Below are positions 10,730 to 19,948 of a stretch of 64,000 bases of DNA, in pieces. The notes under the pieces are model-generated. The model saw nothing but the letters and a program-made list of their open reading frames with translations, was not told the origin of the DNA and did not search any database. The position numbers and the translations under genes were made by a program. Each line of letters starts with the position of its first letter. Positions within the stretch are counted from its first letter, which is position 1. This stretch comes from a phage: assembly GCA_014687725.1 (NCBI GenBank), contig GCA_014687725.1_4094.1, one strand, 5' to 3'.

Positions 10730-11152
10730 ATGTTCACACTAAGTAATGCAAAATATCTTTTTCTTATTAGTATTATTGGTTGGGTTATGGCTCCAGTGCT
10801 AAATGCACTGGGGTTTTCCGATGAACATAAACTTGTAAATGTTTCAGGTTTAATTCAGGGTATTTCATGGTATACATTAATTACATTTTCAGTGTGCATC
10901 AATACATTTGCCCGTGATTATCGACGTTTGTTATATCTGAAAGTATTTGGAACTACACGATATAGTTTTGTTTACACTTTCATTTTAGTACCGTGTATGT
11001 TATATGCATTTGTATTTGATTACTATACATATCTATGGGTATGTGGAACTATGTTTGTTATGTTGGAATACATCAGAACTGTTCAAAACTCATATGCCGA
11101 TGAGTTTCATGATCTAGAAGTTAAACGAAAATTAACGGAGCTAAACAAATGA
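10730..11152 (+). CDS. hypothetical membrane protein (140 aa)
   Basis: Multiple hydrophobic segments. Confidence 0.5.
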   Translation: MFTLSNAKYLFLISIIGWVMAPVLNALGFSDEHKLVNVSGLIQGISWYTLITFSVCINTFARDYRRLLYLKVFGTTRYSFVYTFILVPCMLYAFVFDYYTYLWVCGTMFVMLEYIRTVQNSYADEFHDLEVKRKLTELNK

Positions 11153-11574
11153 GAGGCTATAATAAGATTTGTATTTTTGTATTTTTAGTTTGTGCATTCA
11201 ATTCGTTTGGTTACTACTGTACAGAAAATAATATTTCATATGGTTTAAATCCTTTGTGGTTTACAATTTCCAATGTAGCACAAATTGGTATTGCTCTTAT
11301 GTCTGCACTTATGTTCTGTCCAATTGTCACTATGGATACTGATCATGAAAGGCTTGGATTTCTCCGTGATACTGGAGACGAACCTTACAGTAGATTGATT
11401 GTGTTGTATCCATTTATTGTTATTTTAGGTACTAACATCCAACTTGGGTCATTATCTAATAGTGTTACATCAGCAGCTATTGCTATATTTGCATTCACAT
11501 TTTTTATGGTACACAAATCAGTACTTAATTGGTATATCACAAAAATGGCAGAAGAAGGTACTAAAAATACTTGA
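11149..11574 (+). CDS. hypothetical membrane protein (141 aa)
   Basis: Multiple hydrophobic segments; overlapping start. Confidence 0.5.
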   Translation: MRGYNKICIFVFLVCAFNSFGYYCTENNISYGLNPLWFTISNVAQIGIALMSALMFCPIVTMDTDHERLGFLRDTGDEPYSRLIVLYPFIVILGTNIQLGSLSNSVTSAAIAIFAFTFFMVHKSVLNWYITKMAEEGTKNT

Positions 11575-11599
11575 CATAATTTAGTATGTTATATATAAT
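11571..11599 (+). promoter_or_regulatory. sigma70-type promoter TTGACA-N17-TATAAT
   Basis: TTGACA 11571-11576, TATAAT 11594-11599, upstream of ATG 11634. Confidence 0.55.
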
Positions 11600-11633
11600 T
11601 ATTTTGTTAAAAACAAATTAGAGTAAGGAACTT

Positions 11634-11885
11634 ATGAACATCGATAAGGTCAAAGAACTTAGTGCTGCACTAATTAAGAATGAAGAAGTTTGTGAAGAAC
11701 TTCGCAGTACTATCAAAGTTGAGTACGCACGACTCCAAGGTATGCTTCAAGAATCAGAATGGGTAGTAACTAAATCTATCGAAGCAATCTATAAGGATAT
11801 TGAATCCCTTTTCAACAAGAAAAGTAAGATTGAATCTGATTCATATAACAAACGTAAAGAGTTATCTACTGCACTTGGTATCTAA
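11634..11885 (+). CDS. hypothetical protein (83 aa)
   Basis: ORF downstream of promoter, AAGGAA RBS. Confidence 0.5.
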   Translation: MNIDKVKELSAALIKNEEVCEELRSTIKVEYARLQGMLQESEWVVTKSIEAIYKDIESLFNKKSKIESDSYNKRKELSTALGI

Positions 11886-11959
11886 AAGTATTTTACATAA
11901 CAAATAATATGGAGTACAATGTGCTCCTAATTTAATTATCAGCTAAAAAGGAAAACATT

Positions 11960-12220
11960 ATGAAATCTATTCTCGTTGCAGTTAACCTGGTTGCTTCCCC
12001 ATCTTTCAACTTCAAACAAGTTGTTGCTGATAATCTGAAGAAGATCTGTCCAAACGCTGAATTGACTTTCTGTGTATTTGATTCAGAAAAAGTAACTAAA
12101 GTTGATCTAAACTATCTTTTGAACGAAGTACAAAGCGTTTCTGGTGAAAGTAACTTAAAAGTTCTTCATGAGATTGCAGAAGATTATGATGACACTCTAG
12201 TAATTTCGGAGAAATTCTAA
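11960..12220 (+). CDS. hypothetical protein (86 aa)
   Basis: ORF with AAGGAAA RBS. Confidence 0.5.
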   Translation: MKSILVAVNLVASPSFNFKQVVADNLKKICPNAELTFCVFDSEKVTKVDLNYLLNEVQSVSGESNLKVLHEIAEDYDDTLVISEKF

Positions 12221-12225
12221 ATCAA

Positions 12226-12645
12226 ATGATTACATTCATTCAGTACTTAATCATTAAATTTTTTGGCTATTATACGATTGAGGGCAAAGCTACGCTTGCA
12301 CATAAAATCTTTGTAGCATTATGTACGGGTGATTATGACGTATTGAATAAGTACTGTAAATCTAAAGAATGTATTGATATAATGGCACTTCGTATCTATG
12401 AGTGCCGATCCAATAGATACAATTTTTACCAGTACAGATTTGATAAAGAAGAATTTGATAGCATCAAAATGCTAAAGAATTTATGTAACAATAAAAAGAA
12501 TATGCATATATCAGAATTTGTTGCTTTGTATTTTTATTTAAAAAGTTCATTGTATATGAACACGATGCAAAGATTCGATACTAGAATTAATGTATTCACC
12601 GATAAAGAATTTTATATATACGATAAATTCTTAGATAAGGTTTAA
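12226..12645 (+). CDS. hypothetical protein (139 aa)
   Basis: ORF in cluster. Confidence 0.5.
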   Translation: MITFIQYLIIKFFGYYTIEGKATLAHKIFVALCTGDYDVLNKYCKSKECIDIMALRIYECRSNRYNFYQYRFDKEEFDSIKMLKNLCNNKKNMHISEFVALYFYLKSSLYMNTMQRFDTRINVFTDKEFYIYDKFLDKV

Positions 12646-12646
12646 T

Positions 12647-13144
12647 ATGACAACTGTTTATATTGATAAACGATTAAATTTATTGATTACCGATTCTAGA
12701 GTTACGTCAACTATACCACGAAACTTATTTGGTTTTTTCCCACTAAGACCAAAATATCAATATGGAGTTGTTAATCAAAAAACTTTATATGTACATGACC
12801 GTTTATTCAGTGCTAGTGGGTCAGTAAGTGAAATTGATAAAGTACTGGATTGGTTAATTAATAAAGTACCAGTTATACCTGACAGAAAGTTAAGTTGCCA
12901 TTGTGTGCTTCTTTCTAAAGATTATGTTATTCATATGATTTTAACTAAAGGAAAGTTTATTAAAAAACTTGAATATCTACATGAAGACTACACTTTCTTT
13001 ATGGGAAGTGGTGGAGAATACATGCTAGATGCTGCTATTCATGAAGAACATACAACTTTATATGATAAAGTGTTTAGTACTTTCATGGATGTGCATAACC
13101 ATGATTGCTTCACAGATGATAATATTAATGTATATCGATTTTGA
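12647..13144 (+). CDS. hypothetical protein (165 aa)
   Basis: ORF in cluster. Confidence 0.55.
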   Translation: MTTVYIDKRLNLLITDSRVTSTIPRNLFGFFPLRPKYQYGVVNQKTLYVHDRLFSASGSVSEIDKVLDWLINKVPVIPDRKLSCHCVLLSKDYVIHMILTKGKFIKKLEYLHEDYTFFMGSGGEYMLDAAIHEEHTTLYDKVFSTFMDVHNHDCFTDDNINVYRF

Positions 13145-13165
13145 TTTCGTCATTAGGAGATGTAA

Positions 13166-14131
13166 GTGAAAAAGCTTGATTTAAATACAATTGCCGAAGA
13201 AGTTCTGGATGAATGTTTTGCTAATGAAGAAGTCAACACACTAGAAGCCTTAGATTTCGTTGAAGATAAAGATGAAAATGAAGGTAAAGTACAAAGCAGT
13301 TTCAAATATAATATTACACTTAAGCGACCACCAAATGTTTCCAATGAAGATCTAATTCGTGATATTCAAGCTGGTATCAATGTAAAGAAAAACACTGAAC
13401 TGTTAGTTCGTTACAATTATGGACTTATTATTGATGTAGCAAGTAAATGTACTTGTTATATCCCATTTGAAGATAAGATTTCATATGGTGTTGAGGGGTT
13501 CATGAGAGCACTAAAAACCTTTGATCTTAATAAGAATGTGAAGTTCATTACCTATGCTTCTTCTAGTATTTACATGACAGTTTATAACGAAAGTTCTGAC
13601 GCTAACTATATGGTACACTTCCCACGTTATATGAGTGTTCATAAGATCAAAGTAAAAAGATTCTGCCAGGAATATATGCGTAAACATGGTGTTCGCCCAA
13701 CTCCTGAAATAATCTCAGAGGGTACTGGGATTGAGATTCAGCATGTTAATAACTGTTTGTTATTTCAAAGCGAATACACTTCTCTGGATGCACCATTAGA
13801 CGGTGTTACCGATGGTACACTAGGTGACATTATTCATTCACCTGCTTCTGATTTTAACCTCAATGTTGATAGTATTCGTGCACCTTTACGTTATGCTATC
13901 AATGAACTGACTAACGAATTGAGTACTAAAGAACGTGAGATTATCCAGCGTGTTCATGGTCTAGGTGAATATGAACCTGAAACGCTTCGTGAGATTGCTG
14001 ATAATGGTTTTGTTGATGATAATGGAAAATATGTTAAATCCCGTTCATCAATACATCGAAAGTACAGTGAAGCTATGCAAAAGCTTAAGAAGCTAGTACT
14101 TGCAAAAGGGTACGAATACGAAGATTTCTAA
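13166..14131 (+). CDS. sigma-70 family RNA polymerase sigma factor-like protein (321 aa)
   Basis: Region 2-like GVEGFMRALKTFDLNKNVKFITYASSSIYMTV, region 3-like KHGVRPTPEIISEGTGIEIQHV, region 4-like EREIIQRVHGLGEYEPETLREIADNG; GTG start with GGAG RBS. Confidence 0.65.
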   Translation: MKKLDLNTIAEEVLDECFANEEVNTLEALDFVEDKDENEGKVQSSFKYNITLKRPPNVSNEDLIRDIQAGINVKKNTELLVRYNYGLIIDVASKCTCYIPFEDKISYGVEGFMRALKTFDLNKNVKFITYASSSIYMTVYNESSDANYMVHFPRYMSVHKIKVKRFCQEYMRKHGVRPTPEIISEGTGIEIQHVNNCLLFQSEYTSLDAPLDGVTDGTLGDIIHSPASDFNLNVDSIRAPLRYAINELTNELSTKEREIIQRVHGLGEYEPETLREIADNGFVDDNGKYVKSRSSIHRKYSEAMQKLKKLVLAKGYEYEDF

Positions 14132-14139
14132 AGAAAAAA

Positions 14140-14164
14140 GGTTGGCTTATGCCAACCTTTTTTT
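14140..14164 (+). terminator. rho-independent terminator
   Basis: Hairpin GGTTGGC-TTAT-GCCAACC followed by T7. Confidence 0.75.
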
Positions 14165-14165
14165 A

Positions 14166-14689
14166 TGGGATGAAGTAAAAGTTTGTGATATAATTATCTT
14201 GTACAATTCTGTTGGCATGATATTCATGTACCTGATCCACTCGAAAACGTAGAGGGCAGTTGAGCAGTCCGACAGTGCGAACAGCAAAAGAAACCCGTTA
14301 GATGTGGGCATAGTTTGAACCCCTCACGGCAATGCGGCTGTATAAAGAACCACGTTAGGATAGCTGGTGGTTCCTTGATAGACATATAAGGATAACACCT
14401 TACGAATTATCTAAGGGAGAGTTATCAAATTTTGTACAGGAAAGTTGCGTCCAAAATTTGAGTACTCACATTAAGTATTTGATTGCATAGATACTTAATG
14501 AAGATACACTATGTTTAAAAGTGTAGACCGTCATATGAAACTGAAGTAGAGAGAAACAGGATGACCCGCTTTCGCACTCGTTATGAGTAATCTTCAATGC
14601 AATAGCTCTGATACCATCAGCGTCAAATTTCCCTCCTTGTGGGGGGGAAGAAAAATCCCTTCCTCAAATCCCGTCAATATTAAAAGTCC
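14166..14689. other. ORF-free, relatively GC-rich region; candidate structured noncoding RNA or regulatory region
   Basis: No ORF of 60 aa or more on either strand over about 520 bp despite dense coding elsewhere; internal hairpins such as GAACCAC...GTGGTTC. Confidence 0.3.
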
Positions 14690-14718
14690 TTGACAGTTAT
14701 TAATCATTCGCGTAGAAT
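14690..14718 (+). promoter_or_regulatory. sigma70-type promoter TTGACA-N17-TAGAAT
   Basis: TTGACA 14690-14695, TAGAAT 14713-14718. Confidence 0.5.
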
Positions 14719-14782
14719 ACGTAGTATTAGAAGCGAACAGACATCTCGAAGAGATGGATGATTAACCATTAAGGAATATCCA

Positions 14783-14992
14783 ATGAATTCAGTAATCTTT
14801 TTAGTAGTCGCTTTCTCTGTTAATTCCGGTATACAAATAACCCCAATGAATTCCATGAATCAATGCATAGCAGTACGTGATAGTACATACGAACAAGTAA
14901 ACAAAGATATTTGGATTACAGTTAATAAAGAACAAATGTGGTGTTACAATAGTAATACTAACACAAAGCTTATTGTAGGACAAACTCAATGA
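14783..14992 (+). CDS. hypothetical protein (69 aa), N-terminal hydrophobic
   Basis: ORF with AAGGAA RBS. Confidence 0.45.
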   Translation: MNSVIFLVVAFSVNSGIQITPMNSMNQCIAVRDSTYEQVNKDIWITVNKEQMWCYNSNTNTKLIVGQTQ

Positions 14993-15219
14993 GTTATGGT
15001 GTTCGTTTTGAGATTCGTTCTATTGTCATCGATGCAGAGAAACAAGTATCGTTAGATGGTGATATACGTGAAATTTATCTATCATGTATCCGTGCGAAAT
15101 CTGAAGCAGATGCCTTAGTACAAATGTATAGTTTTAACTTTTCAAATGGATTCTATTTGGTACGAGTTGTTGAAGTTAAAAAAGTAATTCTTGGTTGTTG
15201 CATAGAAGGAATAATGTAA
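14989..15219 (+). CDS. hypothetical protein (76 aa)
   Basis: Overlapping start with previous ORF. Confidence 0.45.
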   Translation: MSYGVRFEIRSIVIDAEKQVSLDGDIREIYLSCIRAKSEADALVQMYSFNFSNGFYLVRVVEVKKVILGCCIEGIM

Positions 15220-16008
15220 ATGAGCACTATCGATGAACTGATTCAACGGAATTCAAAATATTACCAACCATCAGAAATTGTGGATAACATTACTAAATCT
15301 GAGTTTGGACCGAACACACGCAAACTCATTCATGTAATGTCACGTGATGGCTTTAAATGTGATTGTTGTGGTGAATCAAATGTAGTATTCACTTTACACA
15401 AGCACAGTACTAAAGAACGTTATAAATTCAGACCTTATGTACTTAAAGGGAAACGCCTTGTACGCATGACGTTAGACCATAATGTACTGGACTGTCTTCA
15501 GGGCGGTAATGATAAAGAGAACATGACTGCACTGTGTGAAGATTGTAACGCATTACGCCAGCATAAGTTTGCTGAATACAGTGAGTTTAAACACTGGTAT
15601 CATAACGCGGATCGTTCAATCGAGCCTGACGTCAACTACTGCTTCATTGAGTACATTAAGAATGCCAAAGATACATACATTCTTAAATCAATGTCACCTA
15701 TTACCGTGTTTCCTGAGAACCTATTCACTACATTAAAGAATAGTTTTATTGTAGGTGATATTGATGCATTCAAGTATTTTGACAAAGGTGCAAAACATTT
15801 TGAAATTCAATGTCTTAGTACTGCACTATGTGAACTCATTAAAATTTACATAAAAGAGTATTTGGGTATTGACAATGTACGTGTACCAGAGTATACTTTT
15901 TCTATTGAATTCGATTGTGAATCAATCAAAGAGTTTGGAATTCTTTTCAATAAACAAATAGAACTTGCAATTCAACACGAAATCAAGTACTATACTACTA
16001 ACATTTAA
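15220..16008 (+). CDS. HNH-family endonuclease (homing-endonuclease-like), 262 aa
   Basis: Cys pairs CDCCG and CEDCN flanking DHNVLDCLQGGNDKENMTALC (HNH beta-beta-alpha-metal motif). Confidence 0.7.
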   Translation: MSTIDELIQRNSKYYQPSEIVDNITKSEFGPNTRKLIHVMSRDGFKCDCCGESNVVFTLHKHSTKERYKFRPYVLKGKRLVRMTLDHNVLDCLQGGNDKENMTALCEDCNALRQHKFAEYSEFKHWYHNADRSIEPDVNYCFIEYIKNAKDTYILKSMSPITVFPENLFTTLKNSFIVGDIDAFKYFDKGAKHFEIQCLSTALCELIKIYIKEYLGIDNVRVPEYTFSIEFDCESIKEFGILFNKQIELAIQHEIKYYTTNI

Positions 16009-16023
16009 TCAGAGGAAATTATC

Positions 16024-16206
16024 ATGCAAATTATCATTCTTATTGTTGGCATCATGCTGGGTGTTTACGGTCACTCCTGGATGAACGAGAAGTTTCCTAA
16101 TACGCGTCCTGAGTATTGCAGTTCTAATGTATTCCAGAATGGTGAGAAACCAAAGGAAAGCATTGGTAAAAAGCTGGATAAAGTACTTGATGTGATCAAT
16201 GAATAA
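16024..16206 (+). CDS. hypothetical small membrane protein (60 aa)
   Basis: N-terminal hydrophobic helix. Confidence 0.4.
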   Translation: MQIIILIVGIMLGVYGHSWMNEKFPNTRPEYCSSNVFQNGEKPKESIGKKLDKVLDVINE

Positions 16207-16417
16207 GGGCCATAAAATGTTTAAACCGAATTCCAATGTTGGAAAGAAAGTTCAATTACTTGAGGATGTATCCACTCTGAGTGGGATTTTCCCAAGAGGT
16301 CACATCATGACTATTATTGCCGAAACATCCCGTGGTTGGGACTTGGAAGATGCTGATGGTAATCGCATCCTTGAGGCTGGCTTCTATGGTCATCGTGAAT
16401 ATAAAATTATCGATTAA
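16199..16417 (+). CDS. hypothetical protein (72 aa)
   Basis: ORF in cluster. Confidence 0.45.
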   Translation: MNKGHKMFKPNSNVGKKVQLLEDVSTLSGIFPRGHIMTIIAETSRGWDLEDADGNRILEAGFYGHREYKIID

Positions 16418-16514
16418 GGATATAAAATGATGTTAGAGGCTATCGTTGGTATTGTTAGTTTTAGTCATCTGTGTTGCTTGCTTTGGGTATATGATGATTT
16501 TTGATGATTAATAC

Positions 16515-16542
16515 TTGACAGAAGATATCAGTACTGTATAAT
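16515..16542 (+). promoter_or_regulatory. sigma70-type promoter TTGACA-N16-TATAAT with CAGTACTG in spacer
   Basis: TTGACA 16515-16520, TATAAT 16537-16542. Confidence 0.6.
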
Positions 16543-16572
16543 GTTTATATCAAACGAAATCCACTTTAACAA

Positions 16573-16866
16573 ATGATAGGAAATATTATGTCTTTTTCTA
16601 AAGAAGAACGTGACCTTATTAAAAAAGCAATTTGGTTTTATGCTAATGAAGGGAAGTGCGATGAAGAAAAAGCACGTGAACTGTGTAATATCCTTGAGAA
16701 GAAACAAGAACTGAAAGTGTATCGTATCCGTGATTTGGATGAAGGGGATCGTATTGTCCTAGCTGAAACAAAAGAAGAAGCAGAACAAATCTTCACTGAT
16801 AAAAACGAAAATCCACATTGGATGGAAGAAGTCTGTGATGTTAAAAAAGGTACTTATATCGATTGA
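16573..16866 (+). CDS. hypothetical protein (97 aa; alternative start 16588)
   Basis: ORF downstream of promoter. Confidence 0.5.
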   Translation: MIGNIMSFSKEERDLIKKAIWFYANEGKCDEEKARELCNILEKKQELKVYRIRDLDEGDRIVLAETKEEAEQIFTDKNENPHWMEEVCDVKKGTYID

Positions 16867-16962
16867 CAGTACTGAATAATAGCAGTATAATGTTTATATC
16901 AAAGGGAATGCAGTGAAAGGAAAGACAGCATAATCGTACTCGTCACTGCGTTCCCGCCCTTT
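16863..16962 (+). promoter_or_regulatory. promoter TTGACA-N17-TATAAT plus long leader stem-loop followed by U-tract (attenuator-like)
   Basis: TTGACA 16863-16868, TATAAT 16886-16891; 13-bp stem GGGAATGCAGTGA/TCACTGCGTTCCC 16904-16955 then GCCCTTTT. Confidence 0.5.
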
Positions 16963-16984
16963 TAAATTAAATGAGGAATTAACT

Positions 16985-17293
16985 ATGTTTCAAACTAACA
17001 CTCAAGGTTTTGTAATCATCGATTTGAATCAAAACAGCGGTCATTGGATGAAACCTACTGACGCATGTATGCAGTTTGATTTCTTAGGTTACAAAATTAG
17101 TGTAAGTACTGGTGCTTCTGTACTGAGAGGTGGTTGTATCGTTGAACATCTGGTAACTGATCCAGAAGGTCGTGAGTATGAAATCGCAGGTTCAGTACAA
17201 GATGCCATTATGTTTGTATGTCAGCGTGAAATGAATGGTTCGAATTCAAATGCACTGACTCATGCTCTTTCTCAAGAAGTGGAGGTTCGTTAA
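16985..17293 (+). CDS. hypothetical protein (102 aa)
   Basis: GAGG RBS upstream. Confidence 0.55.
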   Translation: MFQTNTQGFVIIDLNQNSGHWMKPTDACMQFDFLGYKISVSTGASVLRGGCIVEHLVTDPEGREYEIAGSVQDAIMFVCQREMNGSNSNALTHALSQEVEVR

Positions 17294-17538
17294 TGAAATA
17301 CATTGTAGCAGTACTCGTCGCATTTCTACTCACTGCATGTGATGCTTCTACCAAAGAACGTACAAGTGATTTTGTTCTACCTGCTGAATTAAAAGAAGCA
17401 GGGTGTAAGATTTATCGTATGCAACAAGATGGTGCTGGTGCGACTTTATACACTGTGTACTGTCCTAATGCAAATACAAGTACTGGATACACTAGCGGTA
17501 AAACACGAATCAACACTTCCGTAATTCATGGAGAATAA
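17293..17538 (+). CDS. putative lipoprotein (81 aa)
   Basis: N-terminus MKYIVAVLVAFLLTAC with lipobox-like LTAC. Confidence 0.55.
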   Translation: MKYIVAVLVAFLLTACDASTKERTSDFVLPAELKEAGCKIYRMQQDGAGATLYTVYCPNANTSTGYTSGKTRINTSVIHGE

Positions 17539-17540
17539 CA

Positions 17541-17909
17541 ATGAGCCTTGATACAACACGTGCAGCAGATTTATTAACTCGTCTGAATGATGAAGAATAT
17601 CTTGCTGAGATAAAGTACAAGCTTGACAAACTTGTTCGAAGTGCTGAAGTAATTGAAGTTGAAGGTCACTTACCGATGGATCAATACCATAGGTTCAAGG
17701 AAGATATGGTTTATTATCCTAATGAAATTTGGATTGAGTGGCAACATTGGACTAACAAAACTCTTCGCATTGAAGGGTATTGTGTGAAGTATGAAAGTTC
17801 ACCTGGTGATGTTACAAAAACTCTATCAATTTGGTGTACAAAAACAAATGAACTCGTTGAGGTGAATTTGAATTATATGAATGGATTCCGTTGGGGTGAT
17901 GTTAAATGA
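17541..17909 (+). CDS. hypothetical protein (122 aa)
   Basis: ORF in cluster. Confidence 0.55.
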   Translation: MSLDTTRAADLLTRLNDEEYLAEIKYKLDKLVRSAEVIEVEGHLPMDQYHRFKEDMVYYPNEIWIEWQHWTNKTLRIEGYCVKYESSPGDVTKTLSIWCTKTNELVEVNLNYMNGFRWGDVK

Positions 17910-18181
17910 TTAAAAAACTCTTGACTGGAATCATTGTGTGCAGTACAATGTTTCTTACAGCATGTAATGATGACGGCAGGTTTAGTGCAAAAGACTTAGT
18001 TCGTCAGGATTGTACATTCACAGGTAAGTCTTTTATTAACGAGTATGAAATATGTACACAATCAGGTCGTATCTGTGGTGGTTGGGAAAAACGTCAGGAG
18101 CGATTGTATGTATATGAATGCCCTGGACATCACAACAAAGTATTAAGCACACACAAACTTGTTTATGATAAGGTTGAATAA
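17906..18181 (+). CDS. putative lipoprotein (91 aa)
   Basis: N-terminus MIKKLLTGIIVCSTMFLTAC with lipobox-like FLTAC. Confidence 0.55.
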   Translation: MIKKLLTGIIVCSTMFLTACNDDGRFSAKDLVRQDCTFTGKSFINEYEICTQSGRICGGWEKRQERLYVYECPGHHNKVLSTHKLVYDKVE

Positions 18182-18396
18182 TGACTACCAATGAAATGAT
18201 GCAGGTTATTTGGGATAAAGGTTGTGATATTAAAATCACTAGTACTGATGTTCGTGTATTCAAAACTGAATATATGGAGTACTTGGACCTTGATACTTAT
18301 AATAATATTGTATCAATTGAACACAAAGGTGCAGTACTGGAAACCATTGACGTAGTACTCAAGAAAGCTACCGACCTATTAGGAGGGGCAGTGTGA
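18181..18396 (+). CDS. hypothetical protein (71 aa)
   Basis: ORF in cluster. Confidence 0.5.
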   Translation: MTTNEMMQVIWDKGCDIKITSTDVRVFKTEYMEYLDLDTYNNIVSIEHKGAVLETIDVVLKKATDLLGGAV

Positions 18397-18549
18397 ATAA
18401 CAAAGAGTGGGAAGATTACCGCAAGAAGTGCAGGGAGTTTGATAAAGAACTTACTGGTACAGTGAATGCAGTAATGTGGGTATCTGTAATTATTGCAGTT
18501 CTTGCGTTGGGTGCTATTATTATTAATAAATTATTCTAAGGCGAATATC

Positions 18550-18750
18550 ATGTTTACTTTATATCTCGCAGTAGTTCTCACCAATGGTGAAATCACTCGT
18601 ACTATTGGTGAAGGTGTATATAAAACACCAGACCAGTGCTACTCTGCCACTCATTGGCCTCGCGATAGTGGGGATGAAACTCGCACTGAATTCAAATGCA
18701 TGAAAGTAAAAGGTGATTTTGTTAACCTTAAGGTTATCGAGGCGAAATAA
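18550..18750 (+). CDS. hypothetical protein (66 aa)
   Basis: Internal ATG of track ORF 18493-18750. Confidence 0.4.
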   Translation: MFTLYLAVVLTNGEITRTIGEGVYKTPDQCYSATHWPRDSGDETRTEFKCMKVKGDFVNLKVIEAK

Positions 18751-19268
18751 TGGATATTAATGAGTTGTTGAAATTAGTGTTTAATCGTGAACGCCGCGAT
18801 ACAAGACCAATTGAATGTCAAGATGTGATACGCATTGAAACTGATTTCTGTTATGGTAAAACAACTCATGACCTTTTGAATCTCTCTGGAAAACGCTATG
18901 CTGATGTTTGTTTTTCAGAGAGAAGTGATGGTTCAGAAATAACGAGTACTGATATTGTTTGTTACGCACGCAGTGCTGATAAATCTTATGAAATAGAACT
19001 TATATATTCCCCTAGTTCTAAAACAAATCATCACCGCCATATTTTATATGATGTTTACACACCACCTGGTATTGCTGAATATTTTGTTATTGATTATAGT
19101 ACTGAAGAAAATGTGTTTCAACAAAGTTTGATTCATAACTTTGAGGTGAATGATCCATTAGTACCAAAGTTGTTCAAACTACTTGACACCATAGATGTTG
19201 ATTTTGAATTTGTTATGTGCATTAGAACTTCTTTATTCAATGAATTCATGGAACTTTTTAATATATGA
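18750..19268 (+). CDS. hypothetical protein (172 aa)
   Basis: ORF in cluster. Confidence 0.55.
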   Translation: MDINELLKLVFNRERRDTRPIECQDVIRIETDFCYGKTTHDLLNLSGKRYADVCFSERSDGSEITSTDIVCYARSADKSYEIELIYSPSSKTNHHRHILYDVYTPPGIAEYFVIDYSTEENVFQQSLIHNFEVNDPLVPKLFKLLDTIDVDFEFVMCIRTSLFNEFMELFNI

Positions 19269-19486
19269 ATAGATACTATGTTGTGTATGAACACGTCTCT
19301 GAATTTAATAACATACGCGGGTTTTCCAGAGTAGTCACCAAGATGGATGTATTCATTCGTGCTCTTAGTGAAGTAGATGCACTGTTTAAATTGTTTGATG
19401 AAATTACAAAGTATAACACACCTAAAACACACCGCTATGTGGAAACTGTACATAGCATTATGCTAACTGAAAGTGATGAGGAATGA
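19265..19486 (+). CDS. hypothetical protein (73 aa)
   Basis: Overlapping start. Confidence 0.5.
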   Translation: MNRYYVVYEHVSEFNNIRGFSRVVTKMDVFIRALSEVDALFKLFDEITKYNTPKTHRYVETVHSIMLTESDEE

Positions 19487-19489
19487 TAA

Positions 19490-19708
19490 ATGAATTTATA
19501 TCTAGTTGAAGGTTTAGTACAAGTCTATAAACCAGAAGGTGAAGGTCAACGTTTTTCACACGTAGAAGAATTTAAGTACGTTGTACAGGCTGATGGTCAG
19601 TACGATGCGGAAATTCAAGTAGATGAATCATTCCGTAAGAAAAATGAAATTGGTAAATTTCAATACCAGAACTTACAATATAAAGTATGGCCTAGTATAA
19701 ATGACTAA
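19490..19708 (+). CDS. hypothetical protein (72 aa)
   Basis: ORF in cluster. Confidence 0.5.
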   Translation: MNLYLVEGLVQVYKPEGEGQRFSHVEEFKYVVQADGQYDAEIQVDESFRKKNEIGKFQYQNLQYKVWPSIND

Positions 19709-19916
19709 GATGTGGTGGTGTCATGGTGTATATAACGTGTATGTAAATGGTAGATATAAAATGTCTAGTACCTATGCAAGACGTGTTAATGCGAACAACC
19801 AAGTTGATGCTGCTTGTGAGATCATTGAGTGGTATGCTGAGTTCAATGCACCTGACTATATGTACGAAATAGTTACAATAAATGTTGTACAAATCGATAC
19901 ATCTTTGATACAATAA
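19701..19916 (+). CDS. hypothetical protein (71 aa)
   Basis: ATG overlapping previous stop. Confidence 0.4.
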   Translation: MTKMWWCHGVYNVYVNGRYKMSSTYARRVNANNQVDAACEIIEWYAEFNAPDYMYEIVTINVVQIDTSLIQ

Positions 19917-19948
19917 CCACATCAAAAAAATTGCATCTGAGGATACTT

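Noticed and set aside
14166-14689. Group I intron call for the ORF-free island
   Set aside because: No split flanking gene and I cannot identify the conserved intron core elements by eye; kept only as a candidate structured region.
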